Assembly (NCBI GenBank): GCA_002269645.1 | Contig: NIVC01001664.1 | Location: 62,001-126,000, forward strand | Source of the DNA: Macrostomum lignano | Lineage: Eukaryota | Length of the DNA: 64,000 nucleotides | Reading direction: 5' to 3' | Shown here: one piece after another, positions 35,761 through 46,620 of the stretch | How the letters are laid out: each line of letters begins with the position of its first letter | How positions within the stretch are numbered: the first letter of the stretch is position 1 | Program-made: the position numbers and the translations under genes | The notes under the pieces: model-generated | Told to the model about the DNA's origin: nothing | Databases searched by the model: none | Seen by the model: only the letters and a program-made list of their open reading frames with translations

Positions 35761-36572
35761 GGGTCCCTGTCAGTGTCAATGGCCAACAAAAATTTAGCAA
35801 TTTTCAAGGGTACACCAGCTGCTGCTGCAGTGTCTGTCTATCCATCTCTCTACGCCTCAAGTTTTCCGCTTGAGAATATTGTTTCTGCAGGGAGAGCTTT
35901 GCAGGCCACAGTCGGCCCTTGCAGCCAACGAGAAAGCAGCCAGACCCATTCTGCTGATCACCAGCAGGCACACGCGCACACAGGGTGCACAGTGGCCCTG
36001 GCTTTCTAACCGTCAGGCATGTACATCTCTGTGCCTTAGAGGTCGAGAAAGACACGAGCAACCAGGCCAATCTTCGTGCAGGAGCTCCAAATGAATGTGG
36101 ATTCAAGAGGACTCAAGGCACGGAATCGAACCAAGGATGACATGAGAGTTGAAGCACAAAAACGGCTGTCTGTGCGCTAAAACACTACAAAAATGATTTG
36201 CGCTTGGCTGCTATGCTAGGCTTGGTTTGCGGCAATTCTCCCTAACAAATATGTTAGGGAGAAGTATCTAACAAATATGTTAGGGAGAAGTATCTAACAA
36301 ATATGTTAGGGAGAAGTATCTAACAAATATGTTAGGGAGAAGTATCTAACAAATATGTTAGGGAGAAGTATCTAACAAATACTTCGCTTGCGGAGAAACA
36401 CTTTTCAGGGAAAAACTGTGTGCGCCACTTGTTTGGGAAGGTCGTTTGCAAAAGCAGAAAACTTGACGCGCAGAAAGATGGATGGACAGACAGTGCAGTT
36501 ACAACTTGTTTACCCATAAAAAATTTATCTTTTTAAGTTAAGTTTATCTTTGCCATTGACACTGACAGACCC
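35761..36572. mobile_element. 812-bp non-autonomous TIR element (GGGTC.. termini, 3-bp TSD AGT; PIF/Harbinger-like) with an internal 26-bp tandem repeat at 36241-36380
   Basis: gggtccctgtcagtgtcaatggc ... gccattgacactgacagaccc, with AGT on both sides. Confidence 0.75.
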
Positions 36573-36803
36573 AGTAAACAGGCTAGGCAGTAAACAGCTA
36601 AAAATAGAAGCAAATACCACAGATGAAATGTAATTGCCAATAACAATGTGTTATTCATTGTTTATGCGCTCAGTGCGAAAGAAACGTGCCGAGTTTCTCT
36701 GCATGAATACGAGACGCCTGAGAGAGCAGAACTCAACCAACAGCAAACGAGATATCTCTCAGCTTCTCAGCTTCATCAGGCTACACAACTCAACCAAGAA
36801 AGT

Positions 36804-37057
36804 TTGAGGTGGCAGTTCGTTCTCGGACTCCTGCTGTGCGCGGCTCTGGTCGTCGCCAGACCCAGCTAGGAGATGTCGGAGGAGGACGCGGAGTCGATGG
36901 CGGCTCTGGAGGCTCTGGCCGACATGGACGAGCCGGAGGTGACGGACGAGAAGGCCGCTGAGCTGCAGAGAAGTGGCGCCGCATCAGGTGGAAGAGGATG
37001 TACCGCGCGGTTCTAACCACCAAAAAGATCTACCGCCGCCTGCCGTTTGGAAAGTAG
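36804..37057 (+). pseudogene. Cationic peptide pseudogene copy F
   Basis: ATG->TTG, CAG->TAG at 36867, and a 1-nt deletion in the KK codons. Reconstructed mature WRRIRWKRMYRAVLTTKKIYRRLPF, then GK*. Confidence 0.9.
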
Positions 37058-37494
37058 GCCGCAGGTGTCCGCTGCACCGACCGACCTTGATTCGCTGAGT
37101 CGCCTTGTTTTTCTAACGCTCGTGTACCGCATTTCCATGCGGAGTGTACGTCGTATAGTTCTCGGAGCGAGTTCCATGTTAGGTTTTGTAGCGATCCAAA
37201 CTATCCCTTCCGCCCTCCGATGACGCGTTTTCTCTCATTATGTTTGTAATTAGTTTTGTAGAAAAATAGAATACGGAAAAATGTATTTATTTATCATTCT
37301 CCATATCCGTGTTTTCTTCGCATGAAATATTGACCAAATTAGTTACATGCAGATAATGATAGATTCAGTTACATACTAAGTAAGCGCATTGTATATGCAC
37401 TTATGCCCGGCCCTGATGTCATTATTCCAAAGTTTTTTGCGGTCGTTATTCCACACTTTTTTATCATGCTTTTGGCTATTTTGAATTATCCTAC

Positions 37495-38255
37495 CCATAG
37501 ACAACTGGGGTGTATCTTAGTTTGACCATAGACAACCCGGGGTGTGTCTTAGTTTGACCATAGAAAACCCGGGGTGTGTCTTAGTTTGACCATAGACAAC
37601 TGGGGTGTGTCTTAGTTTGACCATAGACAACTGGAGTGTGTCTTAGTTTGACCATAGACAACTGGGGTGTATCTTAGTTTGACCATAGACAACCCGGGGT
37701 CTGTCTTAGTTTGACCATAGAAAACCCGGGGTGTGTCTTAGTTTGACCATAGACAACTGGAGTGTGTCTTAGTTTGACCATAGACAACTAGGTGTGTCTT
37801 AGTTTGATCATAGACAACTGGGGTGTGTCTTAGTTTGACCATAAACAACTGGGGTGTGTCTTAGTTTGACCATAGACAACTGGGGTGTGTCTTAGTTTGA
37901 CCATAGACAACTGGGGTGTGTCTTAGTTTGACCATAGACAACTGGGGTGTGTCTTAGTTTGACCATAGACAACTGGGGTGTGTCTTAGTTTGACCATAGA
38001 CAACTGGAGTGTGTCTTAGTTTGACCATAGACAACTGGGGTGTGTCTTAGTTTGACCATAGACAACCCGGGGTGTGTCTTAGTTTGACCATAGACAATTG
38101 GGGTGTGTCTTAGTTTGACCATAGACAACCCGGGGTGTGTCTTAGTTTGACCATAGACAACCCGGGGTGTGTCTTAGTTTGACCATAGACAACTGGGGTG
38201 TGTCTTAGTTTGACCATAGACAACTGGGGTGTGTCTTAGTTTGACCATAGACAAC
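37495..38255. repeat. 31-bp minisatellite (catagacaactggggtgtgtcttagtttgac)
   Basis: Units at 37871, 37902 and so on. Confidence 0.96.
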
Positions 38256-38299
38256 ACTGTGATGAGACAAAGCTTGCATCCTGCAAGAAATCAGAAAAG

Positions 38300-38770
38300 C
38301 GAGTAAGTACGAGTTAAAAGCTATTTGTCTTGTCAAACAACTTTTGGCTGGTGCATCTCGTCAAACAGCCGCGCAAATTAATTGGAAAATCTTTCTGCTA
38401 AAGACTGAACGAACCGTGCAGCGCTACCTAGGAAGAGGAAGAAAACGCGACCATGCAGTCTTTAAAGCCTCGACGGCTATAAGCGATGCCTCAAAGCGGC
38501 CAATAGATTCAGTCGAGCAGCTGACAGTCCCAAAGAATCCCAACTTGGATACTGCAGTACCAAAGAAGCTCATCAGACGAACTATTCACTGCAAGCCAAG
38601 GCGTGCATCTTTCAAATGGTAAGTTCGGCATCTATTGTTAAGCACCTGTATTTCTCTTTTTCACAGAAAAAATTCTATATAGACCAACTCCTTTTGCAGG
38701 GCAAATCATCAAGCTAAAGTGTCGAACATCTTTGGGAACTGCGGCTTTGAGAACTGTGCATGTTTCATTT
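38300..38770 (+). mobile_element. Possible C-terminal fragment of a second Crypton-like recombinase
   Basis: ..LLAGASRQTAAQI..KTERTVQRYL resembles SERTARRYL. A later segment IFGNCGFENCACF resembles the FNNCTF tail. Confidence 0.35.
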
Positions 38771-39639
38771 TGGGTGAGAAATTGATTGCCGCATTGTAAA
38801 ATTTCGACCAGAAATTGGTGAACTGCACCAGCTGTGACATTTATTATGAACTCTTTTCGTTTACCTGGCGCTGTAGTTTTATTGATTTTTTTCCTTTTTG
38901 TTCAATTACTCCTTGCTGTTATGCATTTATTCACAAAAATACTGTGCAATGGGTTTTTTCAATCCAAATGTCAATGGTAATTTTAAAACTGTGGAATAAT
39001 GGCCTAAAATTTTTGCTGCGCCGGAACGGAGCAACGCAGGCACACGAAATCGAAAAAATGCGCCAACCTTTTGTTGCGCACCTTCTCAAACAAGAATCAA
39101 ATCGCCAGCCCACCGGATCGTCGAGTTATTCAACAATTCTGCTGAAAGGATTTTTGTCACAAGCGCTAGTATGTTCAATACACCCCTGTGTGCCAACTAG
39201 CACTGCACCTCAGTGCTGCATTGCCAAGCCTCCAAATTTCATCAGCACGTCGACCACACGTGTCTGCATCAGCTCCAACTTGGTTGGTCACTGGCCTTCA
39301 CCCAGGCGGAGCTTCTGAACTTTCAACAGTTGGCACCAGCCACCTAGTGACCAATTGGATACCCTATTGCGAATTGTTTCATGTCGCTGATCAAACTTCA
39401 ATAATGAGCGAACCTCAACTGCTGGACATCTGATGGCCATGATCTCCAACAATGTATTGAGCCAAGTTGCCCTCTGCTTTTGAATTCGTACAATTAAGTT
39501 ACTTCGTATATACAAGAAAATAGTAGGAGCAAATCTTGAAAGTGCGACCACTTCTGCGTTATTTATTCTGAGTTGAAAACTTTGTCTATGATAATATTGT
39601 ACATAATCCTCGTAGGCTGTCCAAATAGGAGAAAAGGAT

Positions 39640-40110
39640 ATGAGCAGCACAGGTGTTCTTCACACCCGACAAACCAGTCGACGCCAACCTGCACTGGAAA
39701 GATCGAAGAAAAAACTGTATAAAGACACCCGATGATGAAAAGCGGGACAAAGCAACTGCGTGCCTTTGCTGTGGAAAATCGCTTGTCACATCAAGAGTGA
39801 ATGCCGGCACAAAGCGCTTAAATGCGATAATTGCGGCAAGACAGGACATCTGAAAGCGCTATGCAAAGCCGCAAAACCCCAGCGTAGAGAACAGCAGGTT
39901 AACTTCGGGGGTTCGAGTCATGCAGCAACAGCCTGCAGTGAACGAAACAGAGGATGATGAGCAACAAAATCAAAGTTTCTCGCTGCTGAGCCAACATAGG
40001 ATTTCTCGACAGGTTCGCATCATTGGCACTGCAGTTGACATGGTGTTTGACACTGGAGCGGACGTTTCCCTCGTATCTAAGAATACATTCGAGCGTCTGT
40101 CTGTCATCCC
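39640..40110 (+). mobile_element. Degenerate Ty3/Gypsy gag-protease fragment
   Basis: CCHC knuckle CDNCGKTGHLKALC and aspartic protease VFDTGADVSLV, in broken frames. Confidence 0.75.
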
Positions 40111-40856
40111 CGTACTGAATTACTACACTATTTTACCTCCTATTTTGAACAAAGTCTTGTTCAAAAGAAACAAGAAGAACTTCTATTCAAACACTTTAAG
40201 AAATCTTACCGCTTGCGGAAATTCAATTCAAACGAAGTCCCTTTCTCAAGGAGTTCTATAATTAGCAATCTGGAGTGGAAACGAGTTTTACCTCATGAGG
40301 CCACGCAAATTGTTAAGATAAGGGCCAGCACTGAATGTCTATGGCTCTGTCTGACTCTGTCTGACTCTGTCTGCTAGTCTGGCCTCACGAGGTAAAAAAC
40401 TCGTTTCCACTCCAGATTGCTAATTATAGAACTCATTGCCCTTTCTTATTGAAAAAGAAGAAATTCAATTCAGACTGTCTGTGGCCCTCATGGACTGATT
40501 TAGCTGGCCCACATACAAGACTGAGGACTGCGTTGATTGGTCGAGGCGAAGCCGAGGGACAGCTACATGTAGTGATCGTGGCAAATCAACCTAGACTAGA
40601 CTTTTGAGGCCATATAAAACCTCGCCTTTAGCGCCAAACTAAGTTCCGCGGTTGTTAAACAGGCGCCAAAAGGGATTAGTGTGTGCGCCAACAAAATGGT
40701 GTCAATTTTAACTTTTGTAGCTACCCGAACATGCGTCAAGTTATCGGAAATTTGTGTTTTATCAAAAATATTCGATAAATGTCAAAATGTCAAATTGTGT
40801 GTTACCTACCAGTAGGTAGGAAGTCTCACTGGTTTGAACTTGAACAAAAACTGCGT

Positions 40857-41935
40857 ATCAGAGACCGGAGGAGACTGGATATCAGAGACAGGAGGAGACT
40901 GGATATCAGAGACAGGAGGAGACTGGATATCAGAGACAGGAGGAGACTGGATATCAGAGACAGGAGGAGACTGGATATCAGAGACAGGAGGAGACTGGAT
41001 ATCAGAGACAGGAGGAGACTGGATATCAGAGACAGGAGGAGACTGGATATCAGAGACAGGAGGAGACTGGATATCAGAGACAGGAGGAGACTGGATATCA
41101 GAGACAAGAGATTGGATATCAGAGGCAGGAGGAGACTGGATATCAGTGACAGGAGACTGGATATCAGTGACCGGAGACTGGATATCAGTGACCGGAGACT
41201 GGATATCAGAGACAGGAGACTGGACATCAGAAACAGTAGACTGGATATCAGAGACAGGAGACTGGATATCAGAGGCAGGAGACTGGATATCAGTGGCAGG
41301 AGACTGGATATCAGAGGCAGGAGACTGGATATCAGAGGCAGGAGACTGGATATCAGAGGCAGGAGACTGGATATCAGTGACAGGAGACTGGATATCAGAG
41401 ACAGGAGACTGGATATCAGAGGCAGGAGACTGGATATCAGTGGAAGGAGACTGGATATCAGTGACAGGAGACTGGATATCAGAGACAGGAGACTGGATAT
41501 CAGTGACAGGAGACTGGATATCAGAGACAGGAGACTGGATATCAGAGGCAGGAGACTGGATATCAGTGGCAGGAGACTGGATATCAGAGACAGGAGACTG
41601 GATATCAGAGACAGGAGACTGGATATCAGTGACAGGAGACTGGATATCAGAGACAGGAGACTGGATATCAGAGACAGGAGACTGGAAATCAGAGGCAGGA
41701 GACTGGATATCAGAGACAGGAGACTGGATATCAGAGACAGGAGACTGGATATCAGAGGCAGGAGACTGGATATCAGTGACAGGAGACTGGATCTCAGAGG
41801 CAGAAGACTGGATATCAGTGACAGGAGACTGAATATCAGTGACAGGAGACTGGATATCAGTGGCAGGAGACTGGATATCAGAGACAGGAGACTGGATATC
41901 AGTGGCAGGAGACTGGATATCAGTGACAGGAGACT
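40857..41935. repeat. Minisatellite with 24-bp units (about 10 copies) switching to 21-bp units (gagacaggagactggatatca)
   Basis: Read directly. One more unit lies at 43112-43133, after the LINE. Confidence 0.96.
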
Positions 41936-43111
41936 GTCCCGCATAGCGACCTGTGCCTCAACTTTCTCAACGAGTGTCAGGCCAATCGCGTCTTCACCGA
42001 TGGCATTGCCTCAACGCTCAACCTGAGACAGCGCTACTCCGTAGCTATCGATTCGCGCGATAACATCAATGACCAATGGAACCTTGGTGAGCTTCATTGC
42101 TACACCGACGGTTCTAAGCAGTCAGCCAACACCGGCTTTGGTGTTGGAATCTTTCTGAACGGGAGGGTCATCGCTTCCCACGCTCAATACACTGGGGTCA
42201 ACTCCAGTGTTTTCCAAAATGAAGTTCTGGCCATCAGCTCCTGCACTGCAGAGCTTCTCGCCACTGGCGTTATTGGCAAGAACATCATTTTCCATTCGGA
42301 CAGCCAAGCTGCCTTGCACGCCATCAGTGGCTGCAGCACCAACTCTGCTACAGTCCTCGACTGTATCAAACTTCTCAACGTGTTGGGTTCCGCCAACAAA
42401 ATTACCCTTAAGTGGGTTCCGGGGCATGTGGGGATCCGAGGAAATGAGCTGGCTGACACCCTTGCAAAAGTTGGTGCCTCCGGCTCCTCTCTCGGCCCCG
42501 AACCTCTTGTCCCGATTCCTGGCTGTGTCATCGACTCGCGCATCAAAGCGTGGATCAGGACTCAGCACCGCTCGACTTGGGCGAACCGCACGAACTGCAG
42601 GCAATCCAGAGGCGCTGTCCCTCTGCCCTCTCACCAGCTCCGGAAGCTCCTCTTGCGCCTCTCGCGCAGAGACATCCGGGCTGCCACCATGACCCTCTCT
42701 GGTCACGGCTGCTTCTCCAGGCACCAGTACCTGCAGGGCAACGCCACCAACGCCACCTGTAGTTTCTGCAACTCAGGTGACGAAACCGCTGAGCATTTCG
42801 TCAGCATCTGTCCCGCCTTCACGCGGGCCAGACTCACTTACCTCGGGCCACACACATCTATTACTGAAGCGTGCAAACCCGAAAACTTTAATCAGCTCAT
42901 GCGCTACCTTCGGGCCACCCGCAGGGCTGAACTCTCCTTTCCAGAGAGCACCATAGCTGCTGGCGACACTGAGGGACCTCCCTGGGCGGCGCCAACCCTC
43001 CGTCCATAGCGACGCGTCGGACGTTCAGGGATTAGCGGAATGGGCGCCCGCGCCTTCCCGCTGTGTCCCCTCCGGGACAGCCCTGCAGCTAAGTCAAGTA
43101 AGTCAAGTAAG
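41936..43111 (+). mobile_element. 5'-truncated R1/LOA-like LINE (RNase H + C-terminal zinc finger) inserted in the minisatellite
   Basis: Open frame from 41936: YTDGS, NEVLAI, SDSQAAL, WVPGHVGIRGNELAD, CSFC..ETAEHFV..CP. Tail ctaagtcaagtaagtcaagtaag matches the copy at 22.6-26.4 kb. Confidence 0.92.
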
Positions 43112-43543
43112 GCAGGAGACTGGATATCAGTGAGGCAAGATCGGGCACATCGCACGCGCATGCAGAAAAGTGCATGCACACTGTTTACTCGTATAGTATC
43201 GAAGGCTAAATAATTTGATGCCAGTTCACGTATCTACTCATTATCTGCATGTAACCACTTTGGTGAATATTTCAAGCAAAAGAAGACAGGAGTATCAAGT
43301 GTGATGAGTGAATCCATTTTTCCGTATTATATTTATTCAAAAAATTAAATTAAAACATAATGGAAGAAGTACGTATCATTGGAGGGCGAAAAGGATATTT
43401 TGGGTCGCCGCGAAACCTACCATGGAACTCTCTTGCTTGGCATGAAAATACGCTACACGAGCGTCAGCAAATCAAGGCGACTGAGTGATGGGCGGAGTCC
43501 GATCCGTGTCCGAAGTCGGTCGGTGCAGCGGAGCACTGGTGGC

Positions 43544-43810
43544 CTACTTGCCAAGCGGCATGTGGCGGTAGATCCTGTAGACGAGACGAAGCACCTTCCT
43601 CCACCTGATGCGGACGCGGCGACGCCTCCCGAGCCACTTCTTCTGCAGCTCAGCGGTCTTCTCGTCTGTCACTTCCGGCTCGTCCATGTCGGCCAGAGCC
43701 TCCAGAGCCGCCATCGACTCCGCGTCCTCCTCCGACATCTCCTTGCTGCTGGGTCTGGCGACGGCCAGAGCTGCGCACAGCAGGAGTCCGAGAACGAACT
43801 GCCACCTCAT
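43544..43810 (-). CDS. Cationic peptide precursor copy G, intact, 88 aa
   Basis: Same prepro region. Mature WLGRRRRVRIRWRKVLRLVYRIYRHMPL, then GK*. Confidence 0.9.
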   Translation of the reverse strand: MRWQFVLGLLLCAALAVARPSSKEMSEEDAESMAALEALADMDEPEVTDEKTAELQKKWLGRRRRVRIRWRKVLRLVYRIYRHMPLGK

Positions 43811-44066
43811 GCTTTCTTGGTTGAGTTGTGTAGCCTGATGAAGCTGAGAAGCTGAGAGATATCTCGTTTGCTGTTGGTTGAGTTCTGCTCTCTCAGGCGT
43901 CTCGATTTATGCAGATAAACTCGGCACGTTTTTCCGCACTGAGCGCATAAACGATGCAATGAATAACACATTACGTGTTATTGGCAACCGGATTCTGAAG
44001 CAAAAATACAACTATTTCCATCAATGGCATTTGTTTCTATTTTCTGCTGTTTACTGCCTGTTTACT

Positions 44067-44283
44067 GGGTCTGTCAGTGTCAATGGCAAACATAAACTTA
44101 AGAATTTTTTTATGGGTAAACAAGTTGTTAATGACTGTGGCCTGCAAAGCTCTCCCTGCAGAAACAATATTCTCAAGCGGAAAACTTGAGGCGTAGAGAG
44201 ATGGATAGACAGACACTGCAGCAGCAGCTGGTGTACCCTTGAAAATTGCTAAATTTATGTTGGCCATTGACACTGACAGACCC
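44067..44283. mobile_element. 217-bp internally deleted copy of the 35761-36572 element
   Basis: Same TIRs. Both subterminal regions match in reverse orientation. Confidence 0.8.
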
Positions 44284-45016
44284 ACCGAAGGCGCCCGAGG
44301 GATTTCTCATTATCGCCCGCAAAGCCTGCTCTGGTTAATACGGTGATTATTGTAGCATAGACCATGGGGCTGAGTTATACGAGCGCATGAGCTGCATTGA
44401 TGAATATGGACATATGGGCATTGAATATGTGTCAACCATAAACATAATGATTAAATGAGTAACTGTACAGCTCAATTATGAGAGGGAATAAAGAAGCGGA
44501 GCAAAGCTAAAAACGAGAGAAAGAAGAGAGACTACCGTCATATTTAATTAGATTCACAATGCTGGACTACAAAGGAGTCGCAGAGTAAGATCATTTCCGG
44601 TCTTTCTTCCGACAAACTTCAATTCGTGACAATGCTTAGCATTGGACGGTGCGAGGAAGAAGCTGTTTCTCAGTTCACGGGACAAGCAAGCATTGTCTTC
44701 ATGCCTCTACGTCAAGCGTGGTCAGTCATCAAGCACACGAGTCACACGAACAACCATCTAGCGTTCCAAATGCCGTCTCAACTATTCATGGCCAGCCTGA
44801 TAAATCCGGTCCGACGATCGTCTTGGAGAAAAACGGGGCTAAATTTAACGTTTATATGAGTGCATGCTATACTGTCCGTCAAAAGTTCCGGAACCCTTGC
44901 TACGATGTCTTCTAGCGGACATAATTTCAGTCCGTTTCAATTGTAACTTGATTCAAATGAAAGCTGCGGATCTCAGCTCCATGATGTGGTCAAGAAAAAG
45001 TTTATTCGAAGGAGCG

Positions 45017-45328
45017 CGTGTGAACAGGCCAGTGTTATGTACATAAAGGTTAGAAAAAAAAGTGAGGAAAAGACAAACAAGCAATTGTCTATGGTTGCTG
45101 AGTCTATGGAGCAAACACACATGGGAAGGAATCGGTTTGCGCGAAGTGTTCAGCCTGGCTAACATTAGTCTATGGCCAAAACTTGTGTTGAAATCAACAG
45201 GCTCTTATGGATTCTTGTGCAGTCAGCTTTCATGGGAGAGTAAAAAAGAGTAAAAAACAATTGCTTGTTTGTCTTTTCCTCACTTTTTTCTCTAACCTTT
45301 ATGTACATAACGCTGGCCTGTTCACACG
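45017..45328. mobile_element. Foldback/MITE-like element with ~70-bp inverted arms
   Basis: 45017-45088 vs 45257-45328, near-perfect reverse complement. Confidence 0.6.
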
Positions 45329-45879
45329 GCCAGGCCAGTCTATGGCCTGGGCCATAGACTAAAATTTATTTAAATTTCATTGTAGAAAGTGGGGGCTTCA
45401 CCCCCACACCCCCATTCTCACTCTCCCCCCTCCTCGACTCCTTCCGGCGCCAACTAATGATATAACGAAAGCGCAGAGCAATGTTTCTACTGCACTATTT
45501 TTGAGTGTTAATGTCATTACCACGCTCGCGCGAAAAATAGTGAGTGTGGCATGGCGAATGCTATCGCGCTCGCGCGCTAATAACATTAACACTCAAAAAT
45601 AGTGCAGAAGAATATATCATTAGCCCGCCCGTTAGCCACGTAGTCATGGTACAATTCTCATTGGCGCAAATTCATTCATGCCACACGGACATGACTACAT
45701 ACATTCAAATGCATTAGCATTTACTTTATTGCCGAAACCCCTCGCGAGAATCAGTATGGCGTATTTTTGTGTAGCAATCGTGTAATAAAGTTCGATTTCA
45801 GCCTATTGCAAAAACACTCAGTGAACCAGCACAGGTGCTAGCTATTTCTGTAGTGGGGCGCCTTCCGAAATAGAGTTCA

Positions 45880-46620
45880 TGGTCAGGTAGTGGGTGACTA
45901 AACCGGCTCTCCCACTTGGCTTTTCTTAGAGCCAACGGCCTTCACACCAATAGGAGAGGAGATTGGCCCCACTGATTTGTGTTCTAAACACCCATGAAAT
46001 GACAACGACAACCAATCATATACCGAATCGATCTAGCACGAGTCAACAACGGCCGCGCGCTGCCAATTCTGAACTCCCTGGAAATGGACTCCCTGGAGTG
46101 GAAAGTAAGGGAAGGAGACTGGTGAAGGTACATGTAATCACCACGATTGTTACTTGTTGGAATGTGCGATCGCTGCGTCAGAGTGGAAAGATGGAACCTC
46201 TGGCTGAGATGGCCTGACGGACTGTAAAAGCCTTGGAAGGCCTGAGATGCGTTGGAAAGAAATCGGAGAAGGAAAAACAGAGGCAGGACACAAAGTTAGG
46301 TTTGAAGGCATGAATGACAAAAGAGCATTCACTATTTTCTAGTTCATGGTTAACCAAACTCTATTCCGGAAGGCGTCCCACTAATTAGTGACAAAATATA
46401 ATTGCAATAAGGGCTGCGGGAACAATGTGAAAATGCTACGACCTACTGATCGATGACTGCGGCGAGGATGTGATTGTCAAACTCTACGAAGACCTGGTGA
46501 ATTTGACAAGAGCAATTAAAAGGAAGGACGTTTTGGTGGAGCAAGGAGACTTCAATGCGAAAATTGGAAAGGACGCTGTGACGTTGCCAGTTTGAGGTGG
46601 TCCCGCAAAAGGGCCGTTGG
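45880..46620 (+). mobile_element. Degenerate RTE-like LINE 5' end / APE endonuclease fragment
   Basis: TCWNVRSLRQSGK and LYEDLVNL...GDFNAKIG, with stops and frameshifts. Confidence 0.75.

Noticed and set aside
40779-42026. 415-, 372- and 332-aa ORFs (RLDIRDR, SLISSLL, WISETGD)
   Set aside because: These are stop-free frames of a 21/24-bp minisatellite.
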